DNA of 64,000 nt from Opitutia bacterium UBA957 (GCA_002293065.1 DBCN01000140.1:464-64463), one strand, 5' to 3'. Shown: positions 1 to 9,820, numbered from the stretch's first letter. Program-made: numbers and translations. The notes: generated by a model from the sequence alone, not told the origin.

Positions 1-668
1 TTGAACTGGACGCCTTGGTGTTCGGACGGTAGGAAGCCGGAGCCCCAGAGGCGGGAGTAGAGCGGCTGGTCCTTGGTCGCATCCTGCGAGACCATGACGA
101 TGAAAGCCGGCAGATTCTCGTTCATGCTACCCAGGCCGTAGGAAGCCCAAGCGCCCATGGAGGGGCGTCCCGCGACCTGATTGCCCGAGCAGAAGAACGT
201 GATGGCCGGGTCGTGGTTGATCGCCTCGGTGTGCATCGAGCGGATGACGCAGAGGTCGTCGGCGACTTCGCCGGTGTGCGTCAGGAGGTCGCTGTATTCG
301 ACGCCGGACTTGCCGTATTTCTTGAAGTTGGTGAACGCGCCGGCGAGCGGGAGCGAGGCTTGATAGCCGCTCATGCCCGTCAGGCGTTGCCCTTGACGAA
401 CCGAATCGGGAAGCGGCTGAAGGTTGCGTTCACGCAGCAAGGGCTTGGGGTCGAGGGTTTCGAACTGCGAAGGGCCGCCCGCCTGGAAGAGGTAGATGAC
501 GCGCTTGGCCTTGGCCGGGAAGTGCGTGCCGCTGGGCAAGGGGGCCGCGTGGGCCTCGCCGAGGATGCCACGCATCGCGAGCGCCCCCAAACCGAGGGCG
601 GAGGCGCCGAGGAAGTGTCGGCGCGTGTGTTGCATGAGACCGTCGTAGCTGGGCAGGGGATGGCTCAT
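1..668 (-). CDS. DUF1501 domain protein (sulfatase-like fold), N-terminal part; the gene continues past the window start
   Basis: Manual reverse translation from the ATG at 666-668 gives MSHPLPSYDGLMQHTRRHFLGASALGLGALA, a twin-arginine-type signal. It continues with VIYLFQAGGPSQFETLDPKP and IRSMHTEAINHDPA, which are DUF1501 hallmarks. It starts 4 nt after the stop of the DUF1553 gene, the usual pairing. It is missing from the ORF track because it is open at the window edge. Confidence 0.8.
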   Translation of the reverse strand, partial: MSHPLPSYDGLMQHTRRHFLGASALGLGALAMRGILGEAHAAPLPSGTHFPAKAKRVIYLFQAGGPSQFETLDPKPLLRERNLQPLPDSVRQGQRLTGMSGYQASLPLAGAFTNFKKYGKSGVEYSDLLTHTGEVADDLCVIRSMHTEAINHDPAITFFCSGNQVAGRPSMGAWASYGLGSMNENLPAFIVMVSQDATKDQPLYSRLWGSGFLPSEHQGVQF

Positions 669-672
669 GGGA

Positions 673-3600
673 TCAGCGGGAGGTGACGGCGGCGTCGCTC
701 GCCAAAATGGTGGAACAGACGAGGGTGAGCGCGGCCAAGGCCGGGTCGCTCGCGAGGGTGGCCGGTTTGGTCGGGGCGACGACGCGCTTGCCCTTGGCCT
801 TGGGGTCGGGCTTGGCTTCAGGAACGGCCGGTGGGGCCGGAGCGACTTGCGGAGCCTGCGCTTTTTGCTGGGCGTAAAGTTCCGTCAGGGCGTTGAGTTC
901 CGTCAGGCGCGGCGAGCGGGTGCAGATATGGCGGAACGCCAAGGTGATTTGCGCCTGGGGGTCAGTGGCTTCCTGGCTGACGCGCAAGGCGATCTGGCTG
1001 GCGGACTCCACGAAGCCCGGGTTGTTCAGCAGCACCAACGCCTGCAGCGGTGTGTTGGTGTTGAGGCGCTTGGGCTGGCAGACCTCGCGGGAGCCGGCAT
1101 CGAAGATCAGCATGTTGTCCGGCGGAGCGGTGCGCTTGCGGTAGGTGTAGACGCTCCGGCGGTGCGCGCTTTCCTGCACGCTGGCGCCGCCGACTTTTTC
1201 GACGAGTTTGCCGGAGGCCAAGAGGGCTTGGTCGCGGACCATCTCGGCCGTCAGGCGCAGGATGGGGCCGCGCGCGAGCCACTTATTGGACGGGTCTTTT
1301 TCACGGGCCGCGGCCGTGGGCGTCGACGCTTGTTGGAACGTGGCGCTCAGCACCAGTCGACGGAGCAGCGCCTTCTGGTCCCAGCCGCTGCGCACGAAGT
1401 CCACGGCCAGCGTATCGAGCATTTCCGGGTGCGTCGGTTGGTCGCCTTGCAGTCCGAAGTTCTCGCTCGAGGCGACGAGGCCGTTGCCGAACAAATGGGC
1501 CCAGAGGCGGTTGACCGCGACGCGGGCGGTCAACGGATTGCGCGGGTCGGTCAGCCAGCGGGCGAGGCCGAGGCGATTGCGCGGCTGCTTTTCGTCCCAC
1601 GGGAAGACGCTCGTGGGCACGCCCGGCGCGCACGGCTTCGTGAGGTCGGGCTTGTCGTATTCCCCGCGGGTCAAGACGTAGGCCTTGGGCGCCAGGGCGG
1701 AGTGCTCCATCGTGAAGAAGGCGGGCGCGGATTCTTGGTGCGCGGCCAGCTCGCGCCGGGCCTGTTGCAGCGCTTTGTTCGCCGCTTGGTGGACCGCATC
1801 CGAACGCGCCCGGAGGTGCGCTTGTCGATCCGCCATGGGCAAGGCCGTCGGGTCGAGGCCATGCAGGCTGGCGACTTCGACGGCGGTGAGGGCGTGGTGC
1901 CACAGCTGCACTTCGTCGAGCGAACCGTTGCGGAAACCGGCATCGCGTGACCGCGAACCGATTTCCAGGGCGTTGTCGCGCGGCTTGGCGTTGAGGGTGT
2001 CCCGCACGACGGTGGTGGCGAGGGCGCGGCCATCGAGGTAGAGACGCAGGCCTTCGGCCTTGGAGGAACCATCGTAGGTCGCCGTCAGGCGGTGCCAGGC
2101 GTTCAGCGGCAATTCGGCGGTGGTGACGATGGACGCCGCGCTGTTGGGCCAAAGGTGGATCATGCTCCAACGCAGCTTGCCGTCGGCGTAAAGCAGTTCC
2201 ACGCCGGTCGCATCACCGTCACCCGTGTAGAAGCCGGTGGAATGCAGGATCGTGGCGCGGGCGTTTTTCTCCCCTAAGCGGATGAAAGCGGAAAAAGTGA
2301 AAGGCTCGAAGCGGCCCAGCCGGCGGAAGTCCGGAAGGATGAAACCGGCATCGCCGTCGAACTTGACCCCTTGACCCTTCACCCCGGGGACCAGTTGCAG
2401 GTCTTCGGGTGAACTCCGCCGCTCGAACTTCGCGGGCTTGCCGTCCGCGATGGCGTTATCGGCACCCGTCTTGGTGAGGCCGTCCAACGGCAGGTGGACG
2501 GTGGGGGCGGGCGCGGCGGTCGGGCCGAGGTGGGCGACCGTCGGAGCCGGGAGGGCGGCGAGGGCTTGCTCCGCGGCGACGACGGCGGCCTTCAGCTGCT
2601 GTTCCTTGGTGCGTTCGGCGTCGGATTTGAACAGGCGCATGAACGGTGGCGGCACTTCGCCGTGATAGGAGAGCAGACCGTTCTCGTTTTGATCGCCGAA
2701 CAGGGCGGCCATCGCGAAGAAATCCTTTTGGGAGATGGGGTCGTACTTGTGGTCGTGACAGCGGGCGCACTCCATCGTCAGGCCCATGAACCCATAGCTG
2801 GCCGTGCTGACGCGGTCGTTGATGCCATCTTGACGGAACTCTTCGGCGATGGAGCCGCCTTCGAACGTCATGCGGTGCAGGCGGTTGTAGGCCGTGGCGA
2901 CGCGTTGCGCTTGGGTCGGATTGGGCAGCAGGTCGCCGGCCAACTGTTCGGTCAGGAACTGGTCGTAAGGTTTGTTTTCGTTGAAGGCTTGCAGGACCCA
3001 GTCGCGCCATGGCCAGGCGAACATCTCCTTGTCGCCGGTGTAACCCCAGGTGTCGGCGTAGCGGGAGAGGTCGAGCCAGCTGACGGCGAGGTGTTCGCCG
3101 AAGCGCGGCGAGGCGAGCAGGGCGTCGACGCGTTTCTCGTAGGCGTTCGGCGATTTATCGGCGAGGAACGCATCGACTTCGGCCGGCGTCGGCGGAAGGC
3201 CGGTCAGCGCCAAGGAGGCCCGTCGAAGCAGCGTCACGCGGTCGGCAGGCGCGGCGGGCTGCAAGCCGACTTGGGCGGCCTTGGCGGCGATGAAGTGATC
3301 GAGCGGGTCCTTGGGCCAGGCTGCGTTGGCGACCTTGGGGAGCGGATGGGCTTCCGGGGAGACGAAGGCCCAGTGCGGGGCGTACTTGGCCCCTTGTTTG
3401 ATCCAGCGGGTCAGGATGTCCTTCTCGGCGGCGCTCAGCGGCCGGTGCAGCTCGGGCGGCGGCATGATTTCATCCTCATCCGTCGCGTTGATGCGGGCGA
3501 TGAGGGCGCTCTGCGCGAGGTTACCCGGGACGATGGCGGTATCCCCGCTCTTCAGTTTCTTGGTGGCGCCCGCGAACTCATCCAAGCGGAGGCCCGCCTT

Positions 3601-3753
3601 GCGCCCCTTGTCGCCATCCGGTCCATGGCAACCGTAGCATCGGTCGGACAGGATCGGGCGGACCTCGCGATTGAAGTCCACCTCCGCGCTCTCCGTGGCG
3701 AGCACGCTCACCGACAGGGAGAGCAGCGCGAGGGTGAGCGGGGTGGGACTCAT
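673..3753 (-). CDS. PSCyt1 / DUF1549 (PSCyt2) / LamG-like / DUF1553 (PSD1) multidomain protein
   Basis: 1026-aa ORF with a signal peptide. It has FNREVRPILSDRCYGCHGP (planctomycete cytochrome c-like CxxCH) and CARCHDHKYDP (end of DUF1549). A central concanavalin/LamG-like block ends in SLDEVQLWHHALTAVEV, followed by a DUF1553-like C-terminal half. Confidence 0.85.
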   Translation of the reverse strand: MSPTPLTLALLSLSVSVLATESAEVDFNREVRPILSDRCYGCHGPDGDKGRKAGLRLDEFAGATKKLKSGDTAIVPGNLAQSALIARINATDEDEIMPPPELHRPLSAAEKDILTRWIKQGAKYAPHWAFVSPEAHPLPKVANAAWPKDPLDHFIAAKAAQVGLQPAAPADRVTLLRRASLALTGLPPTPAEVDAFLADKSPNAYEKRVDALLASPRFGEHLAVSWLDLSRYADTWGYTGDKEMFAWPWRDWVLQAFNENKPYDQFLTEQLAGDLLPNPTQAQRVATAYNRLHRMTFEGGSIAEEFRQDGINDRVSTASYGFMGLTMECARCHDHKYDPISQKDFFAMAALFGDQNENGLLSYHGEVPPPFMRLFKSDAERTKEQQLKAAVVAAEQALAALPAPTVAHLGPTAAPAPTVHLPLDGLTKTGADNAIADGKPAKFERRSSPEDLQLVPGVKGQGVKFDGDAGFILPDFRRLGRFEPFTFSAFIRLGEKNARATILHSTGFYTGDGDATGVELLYADGKLRWSMIHLWPNSAASIVTTAELPLNAWHRLTATYDGSSKAEGLRLYLDGRALATTVVRDTLNAKPRDNALEIGSRSRDAGFRNGSLDEVQLWHHALTAVEVASLHGLDPTALPMADRQAHLRARSDAVHQAANKALQQARRELAAHQESAPAFFTMEHSALAPKAYVLTRGEYDKPDLTKPCAPGVPTSVFPWDEKQPRNRLGLARWLTDPRNPLTARVAVNRLWAHLFGNGLVASSENFGLQGDQPTHPEMLDTLAVDFVRSGWDQKALLRRLVLSATFQQASTPTAAAREKDPSNKWLARGPILRLTAEMVRDQALLASGKLVEKVGGASVQESAHRRSVYTYRKRTAPPDNMLIFDAGSREVCQPKRLNTNTPLQALVLLNNPGFVESASQIALRVSQEATDPQAQITLAFRHICTRSPRLTELNALTELYAQQKAQAPQVAPAPPAVPEAKPDPKAKGKRVVAPTKPATLASDPALAALTLVCSTILASDAAVTSR

Positions 3754-3801
3754 GAAGGAAGTTATGTTGGCTGGTGCAGTGACCTCAATCCGTGAATCAA
3801 C

Positions 3802-5004
3802 CTATTTCACGGTGACGCTCGCTGGACCCGCAAAACCTTGCCAATAGGATTCCAGTAAGAGTGGGTCGGGCTCGCCCGTGAAGACGACGAAGCGGAACTT
3901 CTGGGTGAAGCTCTCGCCGGGCGCGATGCGGGTGTTGCCCGCATGCGCAGGGGTGTAGGCCACGAACGGCATGGTCGGGTTGAAGCGCGTCGCTTGCGGG
4001 GCGTTGAGGTTGTCCGGGTGGCACAGGATGGCCACGCCCACGGTCTTGCCGTCGGCGGGTCCGCCGAAGTAGAACCAGCGGGCACGCTGGCCGTCGCCTT
4101 TCTTGCGGTCCGTGAGGCCTTCCGACGTCAGGAAGCGCAGCTTCGCCTTCGCATCCCAGTCCGCGCGGCCCCGGAACCCCAGCCCGCCGTAGATATGCTT
4201 CGTCAGTTCCAAGGGGTCGGTGGCGATGTTCTTTTGGGTCGTCTCGACGTCGAAGACGTTGGCCCGGGCCTGCGGACCGCCGGCATAGCAGCGGACCGTC
4301 CAGGCTTCGTCGAGCACCGGCACGGCGGGTTGGACGCCGGTGTCGAGGCTGCGCAGTTTGGCGGTGAAGCCGCCTTCGACGGGTCCGGACCAGACGCGGT
4401 CGACGCCCAGCGCGGCGACCCGGCCGGTGTTCTCGTGGACGTTCCAGAAATCGGGCTTACGGCCTTGGAAAGACGTTTTCGACCACGCCATCCAGATGCC
4501 GTGGTGGTGCAGGTGGTCGGTGGGGAAACTGTCGGAGACCAACGTCTGCTCCGGCGTGTAGATTGGGTGGATGAATCCGCCGCGGCGGTAGAGTTCCTTC
4601 ACGCCCGCGGGGAGTATCTCCGAATCCTGGTATTTGAAGATGGGGCGGGACGCTTCGCCGACTTCCGACACTTCGATGGCGTCCTTGCCGCGCAAGGCTT
4701 GGACTTCGATGGGTAACTTGGGTTTGCCGATGGTCGCAAAGCCCGTGAACGCCTTGCCGGTGTCTTGGTAGGGCAGGATGAAGCTCAGCTTCTCCTTTTT
4801 GCCATCCCACTGGGCCGGCAGAAGGTTCACGCCTTGCGTGGTCTGCGTCGCGATGACGTAGCTGAGCGAGCGATCGAGCGAGGCATCGGAGACTTCCACC
4901 ACCTGATTGGCCTTGGGTTGGCTTGGAGCTGGAATCGTGAAGGTCGCGGCCAAACTTTGAATGGCGCCGAAGAGAAGCAGGGTGGAAGGGAGACGGGAAG
5001 ACAT
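3802..5004 (-). CDS. PmoA-family (DUF6807) secreted protein
   Basis: 400-aa ORF with a signal peptide (MSSRLPSTLLLFGAIQSLAA). The central motif HPIYTPEQTLVSDSFPTDHLHHHGIWMAWSKT resembles the DUF6807/PmoA family common in PVC genomes. The family call is from memory of the motif. Confidence 0.6.
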   Translation of the reverse strand: MSSRLPSTLLLFGAIQSLAATFTIPAPSQPKANQVVEVSDASLDRSLSYVIATQTTQGVNLLPAQWDGKKEKLSFILPYQDTGKAFTGFATIGKPKLPIEVQALRGKDAIEVSEVGEASRPIFKYQDSEILPAGVKELYRRGGFIHPIYTPEQTLVSDSFPTDHLHHHGIWMAWSKTSFQGRKPDFWNVHENTGRVAALGVDRVWSGPVEGGFTAKLRSLDTGVQPAVPVLDEAWTVRCYAGGPQARANVFDVETTQKNIATDPLELTKHIYGGLGFRGRADWDAKAKLRFLTSEGLTDRKKGDGQRARWFYFGGPADGKTVGVAILCHPDNLNAPQATRFNPTMPFVAYTPAHAGNTRIAPGESFTQKFRFVVFTGEPDPLLLESYWQGFAGPASVTVK

Positions 5005-5177
5005 GGGATATGAGCAAAGGGACGATAAACGCTCCTATGTTTTAGGTATGATAGGAGGAAAGAGACCTGGTTCCATTTCGATGGTAATATTTATGACTAA
5101 TTCAATCATAACTGTCATAAAGGATGGTTATCGTTCATTTAACTTGCGTTGTAGGGCTAAAATGATGGAATTTCCCT

Positions 5178-6527
5178 ATGGCTACCAAACTCTTCGGCAC
5201 GGATGGTATACGAGGGAAAGCAAACGAATACCCCATCACCGCGGAAATCGCCATGAAAACGGGGCAGGCCATTTCCCGGGTGCTCAAATCATCGGGCGCC
5301 AACCACAACCGCGTGATCATCGGGAAAGACACGCGCATCTCCGGGTACATGTTGGAGACGGCGTTGACGAGCGGTTTGGTGGCCAGCGGCATGGATGTGT
5401 TCCTCGTGGGGCCGATCCCGACGCCTGCCGTGGCGCACCTCACGAAGTCGATGGGTTGCGGCGCGGGCATCATGCTGACGGCTTCACATAACCCTTATGA
5501 AGACAACGGGCTGAAGATCTTCGGCCCGGATGGCCACAAGTTGTCCGACGAACTCGAAGCCGCGGTGGAGCGCGCGATTCTGTCCGAAGCCAAACCCATG
5601 TCGGTCAGTCCGGATAAGATCGGGAAGGCCTACCGGATCGATGATGCGCGCGGACGCTACATCGAGTATGCCAAGCAGAGCCTCGGGCCGACGGATCTCA
5701 GCGGCCTGAAGCTGGTCGTCGATTGCGGGCACGGCGCGGCGTACCTCCTCGCTCCGCTGATCTTCAAGGAACTCGGCGCGACGGTCACGAAGCTCGGCGT
5801 CGAGCCCGACGGCTTGAACATCAACGCGGGCGTGGGCGCGCTGCATCCGGAACACGCCGCCCAGGCGGTCCGCGAGCAAGGCGCCGACCTCGGCATCTCG
5901 TTCGACGGCGATGCGGACCGGGTCATTTTCACCGACGAGACGGGGGCCACGGTGGCGGGCGATCGGGTGCTGACCCTCTGCGCCTTGGCGATGCAGGCGG
6001 AAGGCAGCCTGAAAGGGTCGACCATGGCCTGCACGGTCATGAGCAACCTGGGTCTGCATGAAGCTATGGGCCAGGCCGGGGTCACGGTCCTGACCACGCC
6101 GGTGGGCGACCGCCATGTGATCGAAGCCCTGCGCCGCGGCGGGTATTCCTTCGGCGGCGAAAACTCCGGCCACCTCATCTTCGCCGATCACGCGACGACG
6201 GGCGACGGTATCCTCAGCGCCTTGCAGGTGCTGCGCATCATGAAGCGGAAGGGCGCCCGTATGTCCGATTTGGCCGCGGCCATGCAGGAATACCCGCAAT
6301 CCTTGGAGAACCTGCGGATCAAGGCGAAGCCACCGCTGGCGACGCTGGCGCGTCTGCAGGCCGCCGTGCAGGAAGCGGATGCCAGCTTCGGCGTCCACGG
6401 CCGCCACCTGATCCGTTACTCGGGGACCGAGAACAAGATCCGGATTCTGGTGGAGCACCGGGACGAAGCGGCCGTCACCGCTTGGGCCCGACGCTTCCGC
6501 GAGGCCGTCGAACTCGACCTCGCTTGA
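5178..6527 (+). CDS. glmM: phosphoglucosamine mutase
   Basis: 449 aa. The N-terminus is MATKLFGTDGIRGKANE. The phosphoserine loop is TASHNPYEDNGLK, the Mg site is FDGDADR, and GGENSGH is present. Confidence 0.95.
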   Translation: MATKLFGTDGIRGKANEYPITAEIAMKTGQAISRVLKSSGANHNRVIIGKDTRISGYMLETALTSGLVASGMDVFLVGPIPTPAVAHLTKSMGCGAGIMLTASHNPYEDNGLKIFGPDGHKLSDELEAAVERAILSEAKPMSVSPDKIGKAYRIDDARGRYIEYAKQSLGPTDLSGLKLVVDCGHGAAYLLAPLIFKELGATVTKLGVEPDGLNINAGVGALHPEHAAQAVREQGADLGISFDGDADRVIFTDETGATVAGDRVLTLCALAMQAEGSLKGSTMACTVMSNLGLHEAMGQAGVTVLTTPVGDRHVIEALRRGGYSFGGENSGHLIFADHATTGDGILSALQVLRIMKRKGARMSDLAAAMQEYPQSLENLRIKAKPPLATLARLQAAVQEADASFGVHGRHLIRYSGTENKIRILVEHRDEAAVTAWARRFREAVELDLA

Positions 6528-6531
6528 AGCC

Positions 6532-7401
6532 ATGCGACCCTTCCGATTCTTGCCGGCCACGCCGGCGGTGGGTTGCCAGCCCTTGACGGCTACCCGGGCC
6601 TTGGAGGCTTTTCGGATCGGCAATATCCCGTTGGCGGAACACCAGCGGCTGGCCTTGGTCGGCGACTGGCCTAAGGGGGCCGTGATCGAAGTCTATCCAC
6701 ACGCGTGGTTGGAGCCGGCCGACGTGGCCGCGTTCATGGCCGCTCCGCAGGCGGCGGCCTTGGTCGATGTCCATGGGTCGGAACTGATGCTGCGTCCGGG
6801 CGCCACCGGTCCGGCGTGCCGTGCGTCCGGCAGCTTCCTCATTCGCTTCGCGTGGGATCTCTTGGTCGCCAACGAACGGGCCCTCAAGGCGCGGACCGAT
6901 TGGCGGAACCAAGGCGACTGCCATGCCTCGCTTTATGTCGACGGACGGCTCTCCGTCGGCCTGGGCACGCGGATCCTGCCGGGGGTTGTGATCGAAGGCG
7001 ACGTCGTCATCGGCGCCGGCTGTAAAGTCGGACCCAACTGTTACATCCGTGGGGCCACTTCCGTCGGTGACGGCTGCCACGTCGGACAGGCCGTGGAGCT
7101 CAAGAATTCGCTCCTCCTCGACAAGACCAACGTCGGTCATCTCGCCTACGTCGGCGATTCCGTCTTGGGCGAGAAGGTCAACTTCGGCGCGGGCACGATC
7201 ATCTCGAACCTGCGCCACGACGGCAAAGCCCATCGCACGATGGTCGAGGGGGAACTCATCGACACCGGCCGACGCAAGTTCGGGGCCATCATCGGAGACG
7301 GCGTGCACACGGGGATCCATACCGCGATCTACCCCGGACGGAAAATCTGGCCGGGTCAAACCACGCGCCCGGCGGCGGTGGTCGACCGCGACCTCGTCTG
7401 A
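6532..7401 (+). CDS. left-handed beta-helix acetyltransferase resembling the GlmU C-terminal domain, with a short non-canonical N-terminal domain (alternative GlmU-like 'putative sugar nucleotidyltransferase' family)
   Basis: 289 aa. The C-terminal hexapeptide repeats VELKNSLLLDKTNVGHLAYVGDSVLGEKVNFGAGTIISN closely resemble the GlmU acetyltransferase site. The N-terminal ~130 aa (PLTATRALEAFRIGNIPLAEH) has no GxGT(R/K) nucleotidyltransferase loop. The gene sits 4 nt after glmM and ends 1 nt before glmS. Confidence 0.7.
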   Translation: MRPFRFLPATPAVGCQPLTATRALEAFRIGNIPLAEHQRLALVGDWPKGAVIEVYPHAWLEPADVAAFMAAPQAAALVDVHGSELMLRPGATGPACRASGSFLIRFAWDLLVANERALKARTDWRNQGDCHASLYVDGRLSVGLGTRILPGVVIEGDVVIGAGCKVGPNCYIRGATSVGDGCHVGQAVELKNSLLLDKTNVGHLAYVGDSVLGEKVNFGAGTIISNLRHDGKAHRTMVEGELIDTGRRKFGAIIGDGVHTGIHTAIYPGRKIWPGQTTRPAAVVDRDLV

Positions 7402-7402
7402 C

Positions 7403-9244
7403 ATGTGCGGCATCATCGGTTATGTCGGTCACCAGGCGGCGGCGCCCGTTTTGCTCGGTGGTTTGCGCCGTCTGGAGTATCGTGGCTACGACTCCGCCGG
7501 CTTGGCGTTGCAGGAGTCCGGCGGTCAACTGACCTCCGTCCGCGCCGTCGGGAAGGTGATGCGCCTGACCGAGAAAGTGCAGGCCGAGCTCGCGGGCACA
7601 CCCGTGCTGGCGGCGCAGGTCGGTATCGCGCATACCCGCTGGGCGACGCATGGGGCACCGACCGAGCCGAACGCCCACCCGCATTTTTCCGGCGATCGGC
7701 GCCTTTGCTTGGTCCACAACGGCATCATCGAGAACTACCGGGCGATCCGCGCCCGTTTGGAGGCCAAGGGGCATGCCTTCGTCTCGGAAACCGACACCGA
7801 GGCCTTGGCCCGTTTGGTTGGGGAGCATTATCAAGGCGACCTGCGCAAAGCCGTGGGGCAGGCCTTGGCGCAAGTCGAAGGTGCCTACGGTATCGCCGTG
7901 CTGGCCGTCGATGAACCCGGCGTCATGGTCGTGGCCCGCAAGGGGAGTCCCTTGGTCCTGGGTTTGGGCGAAGGCGAGACCCTCGTCGCCTCGGATGCCG
8001 CGGCCTTGGTCGCGCATACCCGCCGCGTCATTTATCTGGACGATGGGGATATCGCGGTCGTCACGGCCGACCGCGTCGACATCCGCGACCGCCACGATGT
8101 GGTTCGCGAACGCGAGGTGGCGGAACTCGGCTTGGATCCCGGTGCGGTCGAGAAGGGCGGCTACGAACACTTCATGCTCAAGGAAATCCACGAGCAGCCG
8201 GAATCCGTCCGGAATGCCCTGCGGGGGCGCCTCGAGGCCGAGCATGGCACCGCGGTCTTGGCCGGCATGGCGACCTCCGCGCTCGACCTCGCCGAAATCC
8301 AGCGCATCATCCTGGTCGGGTGTGGAACCTCCTTGCATGCCGGGCAGGTCGGGGAGTTCGCCTTCGAGGATTGGGCGGACCTCAACGCGGAGGTGCAACC
8401 GGCGGCCGAGTTCCGTTACCGAAATCCCTTGGTCGGGAGCCGGGACCTCGTCTTGGCCATCTCGCAGTCGGGCGAAACCGCCGACACCTTGGCCGCGGTC
8501 CGCGAAGCCAAGGTCAAGGGCGCCTTGGTCTTGGGCGTCGTCAACGTGGTCGGTTCGACGATCGCGCGGGAGACGGGCCAAGGCGTCTTCATCCACGCCG
8601 GCCCCGAGATCTCCGTGGCCTCGACGAAAGCCTTCACCGGACAAGTCGCGGTGCTCTTGCTCATGGCCTTGCGGTTGGGGCGGGGGCGGCGCCTCTCCTT
8701 GGAGCGTGGCCGGGCGCTCGCCGCGGAACTCGCGCGACTACCGGAACTCATCGAACAGGTCTTGGCGCAGGCTGACGCCATCGCGGCGGTGGCCGGGCGG
8801 ATGGCCGCCGCGGAGCATGCCTTCTTCTTGGGCCGAGGTCCGATGCACCCCGTGGCGTTGGAAGGCGCCTTGAAGCTCAAGGAAATCTCCTACGTCCACG
8901 CGGAGGGCTACCATGCGGCGGAGATGAAGCATGGCCCCATCGCCTTGCTCACGCCCGGTACCCCGGTCATCGTCTTGGCGAACCGCTCGCCGCAGTTGGA
9001 TAAAGTTTGGGGCAATGCGGAAGAATGCAAAGCGCGGGGTGCGCGGATCATCGCGGTCGTCTCGGCCGGTCAGGTGGGTGCCGACCTGGCGGATGACCGG
9101 ATCGTCATTCCGGACTGCGATCCCTTGGTGGCGACGATTCCGGCGACCGTGGCTTTGCAGCTCTTGGCGTATCATGTGGCGCGTCTGCGCGGGTGTTCGA
9201 TCGACCAACCACGCAACCTCGCGAAGTCGGTGACCGTGGAGTGA
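7403..9244 (+). CDS. glmS: glutamine--fructose-6-phosphate aminotransferase (isomerizing)
   Basis: The start is fixed at MCGIIGYVG, where Cys2 is the Ntn-glutaminase nucleophile. The in-frame ATG at 7049 lies inside the previous gene. The protein has two SIS domains and the C-terminus LAKSVTVE. 613 aa. Confidence 0.95.
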   Translation: MCGIIGYVGHQAAAPVLLGGLRRLEYRGYDSAGLALQESGGQLTSVRAVGKVMRLTEKVQAELAGTPVLAAQVGIAHTRWATHGAPTEPNAHPHFSGDRRLCLVHNGIIENYRAIRARLEAKGHAFVSETDTEALARLVGEHYQGDLRKAVGQALAQVEGAYGIAVLAVDEPGVMVVARKGSPLVLGLGEGETLVASDAAALVAHTRRVIYLDDGDIAVVTADRVDIRDRHDVVREREVAELGLDPGAVEKGGYEHFMLKEIHEQPESVRNALRGRLEAEHGTAVLAGMATSALDLAEIQRIILVGCGTSLHAGQVGEFAFEDWADLNAEVQPAAEFRYRNPLVGSRDLVLAISQSGETADTLAAVREAKVKGALVLGVVNVVGSTIARETGQGVFIHAGPEISVASTKAFTGQVAVLLLMALRLGRGRRLSLERGRALAAELARLPELIEQVLAQADAIAAVAGRMAAAEHAFFLGRGPMHPVALEGALKLKEISYVHAEGYHAAEMKHGPIALLTPGTPVIVLANRSPQLDKVWGNAEECKARGARIIAVVSAGQVGADLADDRIVIPDCDPLVATIPATVALQLLAYHVARLRGCSIDQPRNLAKSVTVE

Positions 9245-9325
9245 AACTGATATATTTAATAGGTCATCAACCCTAGGGGCCCACCGTTGCAGGGGGTAGC
9301 GCGACTTTTTCATATCGATGGCGTC

Positions 9326-9729
<404 letters not shown>

Positions 9730-9820
9730 AGACAGCGGAAGGTGAATGAGTGCGGAGCGGCGGGACTTTTTCAAGCACGAAAACAGGCCAAGGCCGCCGA
9801 CCGTAAAGGGCTGTTCAAAG

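Noticed and set aside
4961-5491. 176-aa plus-strand ORF crossing the AT-rich spacer into glmM.
   Set aside because: It runs out of frame through the glmM N-terminus and begins inside the PmoA-like gene, with no coding-like composition in the AT-rich part.
5484-6623. 379-aa ORF on the minus strand covering most of glmM.
   Set aside because: This is an antisense shadow ORF. Its composition is Arg/Gly/Ala/Asp-rich and low-complexity with no motifs, while the opposite strand encodes an unmistakable GlmM. Long stop-free antisense frames are expected in GC-rich coding DNA.
7049-7402. In-frame 118-codon upstream extension of glmS given in the ORF track.
   Set aside because: GlmS needs an N-terminal Cys after Met removal (MCGIIG at 7403). 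The extension lies wholly inside the preceding LbH gene in another frame.
7300-7403. glmS ribozyme / riboswitch leader.
   Set aside because: glmS starts 1 nt after the preceding stop codon, so there is no leader, and the element is mainly a Gram-positive feature.
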